This document shows, piece after piece, positions 1-12,950 of a stretch of DNA of 64,000 bases. The DNA comes from Lama guanicoe. Lineage: Eukaryota. Below the pieces are notes generated by a model. It saw nothing but the letters and a program-made list of their open reading frames with translations. It did no database searches and had not been told where the DNA came from. The stretch lies in NCBI GenBank assembly GCA_013239625.1, contig MU053934.1, positions 217,241-281,240 on the forward strand, written 5' to 3'. Each line of letters begins with the position of its first letter. The stretch's first letter is position 1. The position numbers and the translations under genes are program-made.

Positions 1-225
1 GTATCCAGTTTATTCAGCGTAATCACTTGATTTGCTGCATAACTATACCACAATTTATTTGCGCGTTTCCCCTGCAGAAGGACGTTCTGGCTGTTTCCTG
101 TGTTCCTGCCCTTATAAACAATGCAGCAATAAACATCCTAACGCCAATTCATCGGGCACAGTTCTGAGAGCTTTGCTGGGGTAGAGCCTCCAAAGCTGTG
201 CAAGGATTGCTGGGTTGGTGGTGCT
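1..225 (-). mobile_element. Old L1M (L1ME-like) 3' fragment
   Basis: ccacaatttattt...ggctgtttcc...ataaacaatgcagcaataaacatcct...ggattgctgggt, typical antisense L1M 3' sequence. Confidence 0.6.
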
Positions 226-397
226 ATCTGTCCAGAAACATCTCAGAACTGTTCCGTCTTCCTTCTCTCTTACACCCAGGCCACCACAAAGACCCATGGA
301 TTCTATGTTTAAAATGCCTCTCATGTCTCTTCTTTAACTCACTCATTCAACAGTTATTTATCGAGCCCCTATGACGTGCAACCTAACTGAAACTTGC

Positions 398-626
398 TTT
401 TTAAAAACTGTATTGTGGTAACACTGGCTTATGGCATTATGTAGGTTTCATGTGTGCAGCATTATACAAACATGAAGACACAAAGAACAGAGTAGGGGTT
501 ATCAGAGGGGAAGGGGCAGTGAGGAGAGGGTGAAATGGGTAACGGGGGTCAACTTTAGGTGATGGATGGAAGCTAAGCTCTCAGCGGTGAGCACGCTGCA
601 GTATACACAGAAGGGGAAATATAATG
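398..626 (-). mobile_element. 5'-inverted, truncated L1 3' end
   Basis: 398-466 is the L1 terminus on the minus strand. 467-626 is the adjacent upstream 3'UTR in the opposite orientation. Confidence 0.75.
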
Positions 627-2899
627 TATATACAATTCATTTTAGAGGTGTGTTTTGAGTATCTCCTAGGGTTCTTTTCACTGAGTTAACTGGGGGCTCA
701 GCAGTTTGTTCTTGGGGAGCAAAGCCTAACAGGGAAGGGAGACGGGGAACCAAGAAAATGCAAAACAGCGACAGACGCGAGATGTGGTAAGAACCACGGG
801 AGTCAGGAACAAGGGAATCGACTGCCATCTGGGGGTCAGGAAGCATTAGGGAAAAACTTCCTGAACTAACCGATGCCGAAACTGAAACCTAAAAGATACA
901 GAGGATTACACACCTGAAGGTCAAGCAAGACAGACGTCTCCCTTCAGGGCTGTGAATGTCCATCAGGCAGGAGGCATTTTCTACCACGTTTGAACAGCAG
1001 ACCTTAAAAGGTAATGATCCATTTCCCTCTCTTCTCCCCAAAAGATGAAAATTAAAGAGGCTGCATAAAGTTGTTTAGCATGGATGAAAACATTTGTCTT
1101 TGCTCATAAATCTTTAATTAACCACAGGTTATTTATATAATAAATATCCCCGTATCCTGACACTGAGGCAGAAGTGTGAATGCCTGAAACAAGGCATCTT
1201 TGTCGCTGTCACAGGAGGGAGCGCAGGGAACACGGAAACTCTGCTGGACTTGGAACCACAAGCCCTGGGTTTAAGTCCTGACTGCAATATCTCTGGAAAC
1301 AAAGTCACTGGGATTCTGAGTCCCAGTGCCTTTATTTGTACTATGGGGACAAATTCCAAGATGATTATAAGGACTTAAAAATTATATCTTTAAAAGTATC
1401 TGGTGTAGGACATGGTTTATGATGTCCTACCTTGAAGTAAAGATTCCATGACATTAAAAAATAACAGTGCCTCATACAGGACAAATAGTACCCAATATTG
1501 CAAAATATTGATTGACTTGAGGAGTATTAATTGAGAATGCATGTCCATACCCGATCATTCATCTACAAGCCTGAATTCACTGGTCTTTCTAAGAATCTTA
1601 AAAATCCCCTGTGCACCTGGAATGCATTGGACACTTAAAACCTGTCAAATATCGCCAGATCTGTATTCCTTCTCAGTCTTCTGTCCACAATCAGCTTAGG
1701 TTATCACCACCAGCATGATTAGGATGTCCCCTGGGGTTACCGCATGTGGCAGCTAAACGGGTACAACCCACAGGGAAGAAAAAACAATAACGAGGGACAG
1801 AAGATCCACCCCAAGGACCGTCGTGCACAAATTATGTTCCTGAGCAGCTAAGGAGTCTGTCTGCTTAAACTAACAAATATGACCACGCGGACTCGTACTT
1901 GTGGGAGAAACTGCCTGTTTCTTCAAAGGTTGGGAGTGTGTACCCAGATGGTACGAGAGCTGAAAAACAACATTTCTGGGAGAAATAAAAACTCCAACCA
2001 CTTCTCGACCTCACTCATACCCTAATTAACGATCGTGAAGGCCTTTGGAAACAGGAAGTGGTCCATACATGCTTATAAATAACTGTTACAGAAAGTAACA
2101 GAAACCACATTCTTCCCTAAGGTGCCTAGTTCTCACTCACGGAACTTGCTTCATTTCCACCAGAATTAACACACATTACGTGCCCGCCTGCAGTGTGGAA
2201 CAGGCTGTGTGAGCGAACGCTGGTGAAGATGATGAGAGTGGCTCCTTCTGACACGGGACCCTTTCAAGTTGGAACAACACAGCTTTGCTCTGGAATGCGT
2301 GCCCCACATCAGACGTTGACACGGCTCTCCTGCTGTTGGGGGTGGGGGCAGGGGTGCCCCAAAGCTTGACTCTGGCCTTTGCTGCTGTGCGATCTGTGCA
2401 TTTCCATACTTGCTGTTGGGGTTGGGGTCTGGGAGCAGCGCGCCTTGAATTTGAAGGCCCTCCCAACAGAGCTGTATGGCCTTACCTCCAGCTGCTGTGC
2501 TGGGAGTGTGAGAGACCAATGAGACCAACACTAAATAAATAAATGAATACATAAATTAAAAATCAAAGGCTTCTCCTGTAAACATCTGGTCTAGTGGTGG
2601 GGCGTTTCATCTGTGGATCAGAGAGGGTAGTGTTTCTTCTTCCCAAACTGAACATGTAGTAACAGCTCGGTAGCCAAGATGGCCGGGAAAGGATGCTGGA
2701 TGCCGAAGCCGAGAGGAGAGAGAGAATCACGCACCTTTTTTTTTTTTTTAAATGGGCCAGATACTGATATTTCCCAATGCAACTGCAAAAGTGAGAACAT
2801 ACTAAAAACGGTGACAATGCTGCTGACTGTCCCCTACTATTTATTAAGAAACTGCTGTATCCTAAAGACGTGGTGCATTATGTGGGAGACCCCACATTT

Positions 2900-3830
2900 T
2901 TACTGGTTCAGTCTTGGGAGATTGTACCTTTCTAAGAAATTGTCCGTTTCGTCTGGGCTGTCCATCTTCCTGGCGTACTGCTGTGTATAGTAGCCTCTCA
3001 GGATCCTCTGTGCTTCTGTGGTGTCAGTTGTAACTTCTCCTTTTTCATTTCTCATTTTATTGATTTGGGCTCCGTTTTTTCTTTTTCTTAGTGAGTCTGA
3101 CTAAAGTTTATCAACTTGGTCCATCTTTTCAAAGAACCAGCTTTTAGCTTCATTGACCTTTTTGATTGTTTTGATAGTCTCTATTTCGTTTATTTCTGCT
3201 CTGATCTGTGTGATTTCTTTCTGTCTGTTAACTTTCAGTTTTGTTTGTTTTTTCTCTAGTTGCTTTAGGTGTAAGGTTAGGCTATTTGAGATATCTTTTG
3301 TTTCCTGAGGTAAGCTTGGATCGCTATAAACTTCCCTCTTAGAACTGCTTTTGCTGTGTCCCAGAGGTTTTGGATCACTGTATTTTTGTTTTCCTTTGTC
3401 TCTAGGTATTTTTTAAAAATTTCTTCTTTGATTTCTTCAGTGATCCATCGCTTATTTATTAGCATGTTGTTTCGCATCTACATGGTTGTGTTTCTTGCAG
3501 TTGATTTCTAGTCTCATAGTGTTGTGGCTGGAGAAGATGCTTGACGTGACTTCAATTTTGTTAAATTTACTGAGGCTCATTTTGTGTCCCAGCGTGTGAT
3601 CTATCCTGGAGAATGTTCCACGTGCACTTCACAGGAAAGTGTCTCGTGCTGCTTTCACATGGAGTACTCTGTCAATATCAACTAAGTCCATCTAGTCTAA
3701 TGTGTCAATAACGTGTTATGTTTTGATTCCTTTTTCTTTTCTGTGTATATTTCTGTTACAGATTTTTGGTTTCTGGTTACCATGAAGTCTTAGTATAGTG
3801 GTCTATATACATGTGTGATTGGAAAAACCG
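2900..3830 (-). mobile_element. LINE-1 ORF2 fragment (degenerate, near the endonuclease region)
   Basis: ORF 3277-3477 reads [49 protein letters not shown], a hallmark L1 ORF2 peptide. It is flanked by stops and frameshifts. Confidence 0.93.
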
Positions 3831-4069
3831 GCTGTTTAAGATGAGATTCTGTCGCTCTTTTCTTTCTTTTTTTTCCCACGTAGCCTGCTTCCATTCTTCA
3901 GCCAAGCTAAAAAATTAGGGACAGGACTGGCTGGGTTAATTCAGATCACGTGCTTCTTTTATTCAGAAGAAGAAACTGAGGTCCAAAAGTGGCTACCTGA
4001 CACCTTCAGACCAATTCAGAGCAGGTTTCAGATGAAACCTTTTATCCTGAACTCAGTGTTTTGCACAGT

Positions 4070-4260
4070 GTGTTCCATGCTATTCAGCGGGATGTCAATA
4101 GGTGTTGTGGGAAGCAGGGCTGGCTAAGTTAAATAAGTTTGGGAGATAGTGAGTTAAATAAAATTACACAGTGTTGGATTTATCAATGCGCATGGCAAAT
4201 CTCCAAGGTGGTTACTGCATCCAATACATCCTAGATTTATTTACCAGGACCTCTTCCTCT
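4070..4260. mobile_element. hAT-Charlie fossil (MER103C-like)
   Basis: ttaaataagtttgggaga...gagttaaataaaattacacag motif. Confidence 0.45.
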
Positions 4261-4849
4261 CTCTCCCCCAGGAAATGGGTAGAATATTGCCTTTTGCTTC
4301 ATTGGAGTCCTCTCTGGCTTCCATCTGCATTTTTTCAGCTCTCCAGCTACATTGCAAGGGCTGATAGATGAAAATGAAGATCTGATCCTTGGTCCTTTAA
4401 CATTTCCTGTGGCTTTGCTGTTTGGACCCAGAGAAACAAAACTCTAACTGGGCACTGAGCAGGCTGCTGTGCAGGAGGATCTGGGGAAGATGCAGACTCT
4501 CATCTTGGCAATGTTTATGACAATGACCCACATAATTTCGACTTTCCCCTCTTCTGCTTTGAAGCACTAGAGTTCTCTTCTTATGCCTGATGACCCAATA
4601 GAAGGTGAGTTTATTAACATTCACCTAATTTAAAATCTCCTGCTGATTTTACTGAGTATTCACTTTGGATCATATAAATTAAAAGGTTCTACTTCTTGCT
4701 TTTTAAATGTTTTCCTTCTCGAAAGCTCTATATCAGAGAGAGAAAACAGAAATCCTTCCATCTGAAGCCTTCCCTGACTTTGCCGGGATTTCTGAAAATG
4801 TGGATGGATGGAGTATATAGGGCTGCTCAGATCTTATAAAAGGCTGGTG

Positions 4850-4985
4850 GTCATTCACTCACTCACTCATTCATGTATTCAATAAAGATCTATCAAGGGA
4901 CTGTTACCTGCCAGGCACTAGGTGTAGAGAGATGGAAAAAATGGTGGTCCCTGCTCTCAAGAGTTTGAAGATGCTATGGGGACTG
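4850..4985 (-). mobile_element. L2 3' end
   Basis: cattcactcactcattcat...tgccaggcactagg...ggtccctgctctcaagagttt. Confidence 0.7.
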
Positions 4986-5199
4986 AAGTAGAAAGAGGTG
5001 TGTTCTGGGCAGGCAGGGTTGGCTCAGAAGGAGCATGGGTTTGGATCTCATGCTGTGGGGAGTGGTCCTTTAAGAGAAGAGAATTTCACCCTTCTTCCTC
5101 TCACTGGACAGACCGTACTTGGCCAAGACTGTGATAGGACTAAGAACATAAAGGGTTTGGTGGCTGGCAAATACTTCTTAGCCAGGACTTTTATAAAAA

Positions 5200-5440
5200 T
5201 TTTTTATTGATGTATACTCAGTAAATTGGCACACTGTTGTGTCAGTTTCTGGTGTACAGCATAATGTTTCAGTCATACCCATACATACATATATTTCTTC
5301 TCATACTCTTTTACATTATAGGTTACTACCAGATATTGAATATAGTTCTCTGTGCTATCCAGTAGAATCTTGTGGTTTCTCTATTTTATATATAGTAGTT
5401 AGTATCTGCAAATCTCGAAAGCCCAATTTATCCCTTCCCA
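5200..5440 (-). mobile_element. Young lineage-specific L1 3'UTR end
   Basis: Reverse complement is near-identical in wording to the L1 ends at 24370-24618 and 31410-31650 (tttctggtgtacagcataat...ataggttacta...ctattttatatatagtag). Confidence 0.88.
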
Positions 5441-5444
5441 CAGT

Positions 5445-6300
5445 CATCTTTCTACTGAAGTACAACATACATCCAGAAAAGCACAGAGCCTAAGTGCACA
5501 GTGTGAGGAATTTTCATAAAGTGAACTCACCTTTGTACCTAGAACCCACACCAAGAAACAGAATGTCACTAACAGACCAGAACCCCCCTTGAAATCCCTC
5601 TATAGGGATTTTGTCCTGCCATTATCACCACAGTTTTGTTTTATCAGTTTCTGAATTATATTTCCATTGAATCGTGAAATGCACCCTTTCTGTGGCCTTT
5701 TGCTCATCTGTGAAATCTGTGAATTTCACCACTTCTGTGAAATCCATTCATATTACTGCATGTCGCTGCAGTCTGTTCATTCAATGCTGCATCATTACCT
5801 TGCCTATGAATGTAGCTCGCCCTAGTTATCCATTATATTGCTGATGGACACGTGGGTTCTTGCCAGTTTTGAAGGCTGTGATAATCAGTCTAGAACACGT
5901 CTTTTGGTGTCACATGTATGCATCACTGTTGGATGCAAACCTAGGGGTGGAATTTTGGGGTCACAGGGAGCGCCCGTGTCCAGCTTAAGTAGATACTGCC
6001 AAGTGGTTCTTCCTGTTCACACTCCCACTGGTTGTCCAGAGAGTTCCTCCTGGTCCAGGCTCCCACTAAGAACTAGTGCTGCCTGCCTTTTGCACTTTAG
6101 ATTTTCCGGTCTGTGTATAGCAGTTTCACGTTATGTATTTAAATCTGCATATTTAAAGACTCACGAAGCTCAGATCCTTTCCTGATGCGAGTTGCCCAGT
6201 TGGGCACCCTCTTTCAGGAAGTGTCTTTTGCTCATTTTTCTATCATGATGTCTGCCTATTTTTGTTGTTGTTTTGCAGGAGTTCTTTATATATATTCATC
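5445..6300 (-). mobile_element. Old L1M (L1ME-like) 3' region
   Basis: aagtacaacatacatccagaaaag...gaattttcataaagtgaac...aaacctaggggtggaattttggggtcac...ttctttatatat. Confidence 0.75.
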
Positions 6301-6774
6301 TGGTCAAAACCCACCGCTTGGTGCTGGCTGGACTTTCCTCGGTGGGCGGTGCTCACTGCCTATTGTGCTAGTTTTGGGTGGAATCAAAGAATATTAAGCT
6401 CGAAGAAACCCCAGAAGGTTATCAGATCCATGTCCCCCACCCTCACTTCCCTAAGGAAACAGGCGAAGTGGGCAGGTCAAGGTAAAATAACTAACACAAA
6501 GTAAACTAAGTTCAGGAGCCCCTCAGACCCCACCTTCCCCCCGTGCTTTACTTCACTTCTTCCTCCAGCTCTCCACTCCTCTCTAGTCAATCTGTTTCAA
6601 GTCAGCTCAGCTTCCCTCCGCCCTTCTAGACTCATTTGCCCAATGAGGGGGGTGATTCCTGGTCAACTGTGCAGACCTGAGGCGATTCTACAGATAGTTG
6701 CTCTTAACCCGAGAGTGGCTTGCAAGTAAGAAGTTTAGGAAAAGTGCTGTCATGAGTTGAACTGAGCACCACAA

Positions 6775-7207
6775 GTCAAGATAAGTTCAAGTCCAACCCT
6801 GGGGACCTGTGAATGGGGTGTTATTTGGAAACAGGGTCTTTGCAGACATAATCACGTGAGGAAGAGCCATGCTAAATTAAGGAGAGCCCTCATCCCTCAT
6901 CCAACGACTTGTGTCTTTAAAAGAGGAGAAGACAGACAAACAAACACAGAAGGAAGAAGACCATGGTTAGCTTTCCATATGCTGTCAGATGCCTCTCTAG
7001 GATGTCCTGAATGAAGATGGAGGCAGACATTGGAGTGACGCTGTCATAAGCCAGGAAGCTGGAAGAGGCAAGGAAAGAGCCTCTCTTAGTGGCTTCTGGC
7101 CAACACCTTGATTTTGGACTTTTAGCCTCCTGAACTGTGAAAGAATGAATTTCTGTCTAAGCGACAAGTTAGTGGTACTTGACTACAGCGGTCCTAGGGA
7201 ACTGACA
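6775..7207 (+). mobile_element. MLT1 (MLT1B/C-like) MaLR LTR
   Basis: ttatttggaaacagggtctttgcagac...gaagctggaagaggcaaggaa...caccttgattttggacttttagcctcctgaactgtga. Confidence 0.85.
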
Positions 7208-8459
7208 AGCGTCAAGACCCCACATCTACCTGCTTCCTCTAAAAGAAACACAGAAGATTCCTCAGCACCCTAAGCTGCTGTCCTGGCCCAAACTTACTAC
7301 TGCCATTTCCCAGATTTGGAGACTTTTTCACATAACCATTAAATCACAGACGAAAAGTGATTTTGCCCATTTTAGACAGCAAGTGATAAGAAAAACACAA
7401 GGCAGAAACCATGCTCCCTGGTCTGTGGTTCCATCTCTCCTCCCACCCAGAAAACCCACCAGGAGATCGAATCTGTTACAGAACCAGCTCTGAGACAACA
7501 CAGCCTTTCATGGTCAGTCCATCAGAAAGCAGGAGATAACAGACACTGAGCAAAGACATTCTGGCCACTCCCAGGCCACCACAGTTAAGGGAGTTAATAA
7601 AGACTCTCCAGCCTGTTTCTTCCAGTAAAAAAAAAATATTTTCTGAATCCATAAGGGGGAAAAATGTAGAATGTCCAAGATTTTGGTCTTAAAGTGACCA
7701 CTGAACGACATGAAGCCCATTATGATGCTTAGAAAACCCAGAGGTGGATGCAAGAGCTGAGGAAGGACAGCACCACAGAGCCTGCCTGGGGGTTCGAGCC
7801 CCATGGGCTTTCTATTAGGTACTGAAAAATACCTACTCCCTGAACAGAAGTCAGATCTGTAAGCGGCTTGTTGGTATGGAGATTGTAATTTTTTTTTTTT
7901 AACAAATAATGAGCCTGTGTCTCCCTACCGGTCTGGCTGGATGCTTCACTGCACGAGATGATGTCTCATTTGCTCACCAGGAAGGGCGAGACGGCTGGGA
8001 TGGCTGAGTAACGTGGACTAGCTGAATGGGTGCTAGCGCCTGACTGAACGCCGAGCTAATGGACTGTGGGAACAGAACGGCAAGGAGCATTTCTGAGATT
8101 TCAGACTTAAACAGAGTGAACCCGCATGGAAGGGTACACTCTGCACCTTTCAACCGTTCACTCGCTCACACGCTCCATGAAGAAGCAGACTTTGGAAGAA
8201 CAACTGGTGAGGGATGCAGGGCTCACAGCCTTCGCAGACCGAATCGCCGGGGATCCCTGGTCGCTGGTTCCCAGCTGGAAGCATCACATCAGACTGGACT
8301 GGGGAGGGAGGTGGGGGTAACCTGCTCTGTGCACTCTCGAGATGGGAGGTGTTTCCCATAGTGCCCGTCTCCCCTCCCCGGCGCCTTCCGCTGGGCAGCC
8401 ACCCTCCGTGGTTCTCTTCTCACAAGTTTCTGGCAGCATTAGCTCTTCTCTTTGTATCT

Positions 8460-9005
8460 TGCTATGGGCTGAACTGTATCCCTCACGAATTCACACATGG
8501 GAGTCCTAACCCCTACGCAGGACTTTGGGATGTGATTGTATTTGGAGATCGTGTCTTTAAAGAGGTGTTAAGTTAATAGTAGGGGAGGGTATAGCTCAGC
8601 ATGCATGAGGTCATGGGTTCAATCCCCAGTACCTCCATTAAATAAAATAATAATAATAATCACAAATAAAAATAATAAATAAAACAAAAATAATAAATAA
8701 ATAAATCTGATTATCTCCACCCTCCCTCAAAGCAACAACAGCAAAAAAGAGGTGCTAAGTTAAAATGAGGTCATTCATGTGGCTCTGATCTGGCATGTCC
8801 AGTAACTGTAAGAGGCCACCTGGACAGACAGGTACTGGAGGATGACCATGTGACAACACAGGGAGAAGGCGGGCATTTTATGAGAGAAGAACAGAGGCCT
8901 CAGAAGGAACCAACCCTTGATCTTGGACTTCCAGCCTCCAGAATCATAAGAAAGTGAATTTCCCCTGTGGAGGCCACCCATCTGTGGTGCTAAGTACCAC
9001 ACTGA
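8460..9005 (+). mobile_element. MLT1B-like LTR interrupted by a SINE
   Basis: tgctatgggctgaactgt...tatttggagat...ttgatcttggacttccagcctccagaa. Confidence 0.82.
8577..8745 (+). mobile_element. tRNA-derived SINE (camelid Vic-1-like) with an internal deletion
   Basis: ggggagggtatagctcag...gggttcaatccccagtacctcca followed by an A-rich tail. 18-bp TSD aaagaggtg(t/c)taagttaa at 8559-8576 and 8746-8763. Confidence 0.9.
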
Positions 9006-9139
9006 CACGCATCTCCGGGCCCAGAGCTGGTACCAGCTCGCTGCGTCCGCTAGTCTCCCTGCTGGTACCGTCAATGCTGTCCACTCACCCCACAAACAGC
9101 TGCTTCATGTAAACACCTCGAATTATCGGACGAGGTGAT

Positions 9140-9830
9140 GGGGTCCTGACTCTTACATGCATGTTATTTCACTTAATCCCCTGGGCTGCTCTTGGAACAC
9201 TGGGATGATTACGCTTAGTTTACAAATGAGGAAACTGAGAGTCTCAGAGAGATCACACAGCTGGGGTTTCTTTCTGAGCTGCTGACTCTGGTAGGCCTGC
9301 GGCACACGGCATGGACGCGCCGCCTCCCTGAATCAGAGGCCACGGGGTGGGAAGGACCCTTAGACAGCATCTATCTGCTGTATTTGTAGATGGGGAAACT
9401 GGGACCCACAGAAGTGAGCTCAGTCTCCTGAAGTCAGCACGCGTCCGTGGTGGCAGCATCAGGACTTGAATGGAAGGTCTTCTGACAGCAGCCTTGCTAC
9501 TTTTTGTGGCTTCCTTGACTGGTTCAAGGATGACGGCAAGAACAGAGTCCCCTCTCCAGTCCTGTACTCGGATCTCCTGGGGATCCGGCCGCAAAGGTGA
9601 TGGGCAAGGGTCCAGCGTCAGTCCCCATGTCAGCTCCATGCTCACTAGCTGCATGACCTTGGCCCAGTGACCTGAGGACTGCCTGTGGCTCAGTGCACGC
9701 TTCCGTAGAACAGGTGTTAGTAATGACTCAGAGAACTGTGCCGAGGACTAAATAAGACAGAACACAACACTCAGCACAGTGACTGACACAAACGCTGGTC
9801 TCAGTGAAATAATGAGCCATTGTTATGACT
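9140..9830. mobile_element. Cluster of three MIR fragments (9140-9290 minus, 9370-9490 minus, 9605-9830 plus)
   Basis: Core motifs ttacaaatgaggaaactgag, agatggggaaactggg and tagctgcatgaccttggcccagtga. Confidence 0.7.
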
Positions 9831-10659
9831 TGGGGCAGATTTTTTTTAAACCCAAACTAAGTTCCTATTCACCTGGAGGCACTGAACTCACCACTCAGAA
9901 GCTGAATACTAATAAATGATGACACTAACAGCGCTAATAATAACGAGGACACTGCACAAGGGACGCCCATCACCTCTGCTCCTTATGACATCCCAGAAAT
10001 ACCGAGTAAGTAACCAAGATGCTAAGAACCTGGATTCAAACACAGTTTAGCCCAGACTCACACTAGAAATTCACATTTTCTAATACCGTTGTCAATAAGA
10101 TGATGCGACCAGTACAGGAAACTTGGCTGCAGAAAAGCACTACGCAACCCCGTCTACACCGGTGACGTTAAGACATACAGTCAGTGTAGACATGTACAGG
10201 CAGAACTGTGTTTGACTGACTCTGCACCCACAGCTTCCAAAAGTCTGCAGCGCACAGTAGGTCTGCTCAAGACAAGCACAATGACCTGCATTGATGCAGA
10301 ACTTGAGTGAATTCGGGGGAGCTGGGTCTCCCAAGAGCAAGTGCCTAGAGCGGAGGAGGGGCTGGAGGTGGCTCCTCTATGAATGCGATTCCCTATTGTA
10401 CCGAGGCCGACTTCAAGGGGTCATTTCAATGGGATAAGTAGGCAGTTCTGTCTCCTTATTTCCCAGCACAACCAAAGTTCTAGAGGAGGCTTTGGATCTG
10501 GCCAGGTGCTGGCACTGTAATGCTGTCAAGAATTGGAGGCCCGAGATGCAGGCAATCCTGGATCCATTACTTGTTTTCTGTAGAACCTGGGGCACGTGAG
10601 TGACTGTGAACTCCTCTTGCCTAGCCTGTGAAATGGGTATGCTGATGCTACCTTTATTT

Positions 10660-11040
10660 CTCCATCCAACCAATACCTGTGGAGGGTCTCCTAGGTCCCA
10701 GAACCCCTTCTGAAAACAGAAATACTTACCCTCGGGGAGGCTTTATGCTAAGAGAAGACAATAAACAAAGGAAGTAGGTTAAACATATAGGATGATGCGT
10801 GACGACAATGATAAAGCAGAGAAAGGCAGGAGGACTCAGGTGCGGGACCTGGGGACATTTGCAACGGGTGCTCGGCAAAGGCTTCTCTGGGAAGGGGATA
10901 CTCTGTAAGCAAAGACATGCAGGAGGCGAGGGAGCCTGCCACGCTGATATGGGGCCAGAACTCCGGCGGAATCAGCTACAAGTGCAAAGGCCCTGAGAGA
11001 GCTGATATATTGCAGGAACCGTGAGCAGTGCTGCCTCCCG
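10660..11040 (-). mobile_element. L2 fragment
   Basis: agacaataaacaa...aaaggcttctctggg...aagtgcaaaggccctgag. Confidence 0.7.
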
Positions 11041-11864
11041 GGCTGCGGTGAAAGTTAAACAAGATAATAATCCATTTGAAATATCACATTCATAACAAGT
11101 GCTCAATAAATGTTAGCTAGGACTATTAACATTATTCCTGTGGGCACACACAGGCCCCCCACCTACTGGAAAGCGATGCCGGCAGGCAAGGAGGCCGTGG
11201 TAACCCTTTGGGGTCTGAACCTTCGCTAATGAACGGGCTATCTGCTCTCCGCCAGCCTGATCTGTTTCACGGGAGAGGATTTCCTGTAAATTGGATTAGC
11301 AGGGCGTGCACTGAGTGCTGGGGAGAATGAAGGGAGAACTAAATCCAGCTTTGTGGTGGTGTCAGTCATTTTAAAAGATTGTGCAAAATTATCCCTGGTT
11401 CAAGCTTTCGGGCAAGAGTGATCAATGTCCTTCCCTTGATAACTTTTCCAGCGTTCAATAACACAGAAAGAAGGGAAGGGAGAAGGTGGAGCCAACTGCC
11501 TTATCCTTTGAAGGAGCTCTTTAAGGCAGGGTGAAGTTCCTCCCCTGGAGACTTATTTCTGCTTCTGTTAAGCGGGGGAGGGGAGGCGTGGTGAGCGCAG
11601 GGCCGGTCTGCAATTCTCCAGGGTGACTCTCAGGAATCCTGATAACCAAAGAGGACCCCAGATGGATGGACTCCGTATTGGGAGGGTGGGAATCAGAAAA
11701 TAAAGGAATTTGCTGGCTTCCTCGTGTTGCGTTTACGGGCATGCAGTCACCCTAAGCTAGGCTTCCTCCCCCTACCTTCAGGCCTTTTTATAATTGGATC
11801 TCTTCAAAACCACTTTGAATCTCTTTAAAATCACAGAATTATCCTTTAAAAGGCAAAGAATCAA

Positions 11865-12225
11865 CCAAACCCACAGAAAATGAGATCAGATTTGAGGTTA
11901 CCAGAGGCAGGGGATGCAGGGAGGTACAAACTTCCAGTTGCAAGAAAACTCAGCACTAGGGATGTAATATACAAGATAAACATAGCTAACACTGCGGTAT
12001 GTCACATACGACAGTTGTTAAGAGAGTAAATCCTAAGAGTTCTCGTTCCAAGGAAACATTTTTTTTCTTTTTCTTTTATGTTGTATCCATAAGAGATGAT
12101 GGATGTTCACTAAACGTGTGCTAATCATTTTGTGACGTGTGTTAAGTCAAGTCATTATGGTGCACACCCTAAACTGATACAGCGCTATATGTCCATTGTA
12201 TCTCAATAAAACTAGAATGAAAAAT
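11865..12225 (+). mobile_element. L1 3' end (L1MA9-like)
   Basis: ggttaccagaggc...ggtacaaacttccagtt...agagagtaaatcctaagagttctc...tatctcaataaaact. Confidence 0.85.
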
Positions 12226-12950
12226 CATGACATTCTGAGTTCTAATTTAGCTAAATAGAATTTGCTCTTTCCCCCTCAGGCTTCCGTCTACCGCTGACCT
12301 GCTCTACTCCTCATCCTCCCCAGCCTTCTCTTTAGATGCCTTCCTGCCTGGACCCTGCGGCACAGCTGGCCACCTCCCACCCCCTCTCCACCTGGAAGCT
12401 ATTCCCTTGTACTAGTCATCTTGCTGCTCGACGGTCCCCTTCTAGGTGCTGAGTTCTCCAGGGCAGGGATGGTGTCATCCTTACAAACACCAGTGCCTTT
12501 GGCAGGCCCGGCAGACAGTCTCAGAGAATGTTTATGACTGAGTTGATAAATAAATGAATGAATTCAGAAATAAGACAGAGGCCCTGCCCAGAGGCATCTA
12601 ACAGAAGCTCAATTAATATTTGCTGAATGACTAATTGTCAAATGGGCTCTGATACATGCAAATGAGTTGGTTAAAGACAGAGTTCCTAGAGACAGTGGGG
12701 AGCCCAGTTAGTTTGTCCTGGATGGGTGGGGGTGGGGTGGGATGGGGTGGGACCTGTCCAGCCCCCACTTGCAGCCAGGACAGATCAGGCCAGGAAGTCA
12801 AGACGCCACTCTTGTGTTAAATGACTGTCCATCTCCCAGTCATAGCCAAGATGTCACGGACTCGGCAGTGGGAAGTTCTCTCAGGCCTACCTTCTCAGCC
12901 CACTTGTTGATACCTTTGGGCCAGAGCAGGAGTTGGAAAGAGCTGGGGTG

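Noticed and set aside
3277..3477. ORF with clear protein similarity
   Set aside because: Fragment of a dead L1 ORF2, not a host gene
4590..4615. Plus-strand donor AAG|gtgagt
   Set aside because: Antisense to LARGE1 with no convincing upstream acceptor or coding frame; such hits are expected by chance
5203..5208. Sense-strand AATAAA from an L1 3' end (also in the SINE near 18197-18208)
   Set aside because: AATAAA is frequent in large introns, and sequence alone gives no evidence of intronic polyadenylation
10705..10735. Consensus donor (GAGG|gtaagt) and nearby acceptor-like tract on the minus strand
   Set aside because: Inside an L2, and the order (donor then acceptor about 15 nt apart) cannot define an exon; no LARGE1-like peptide
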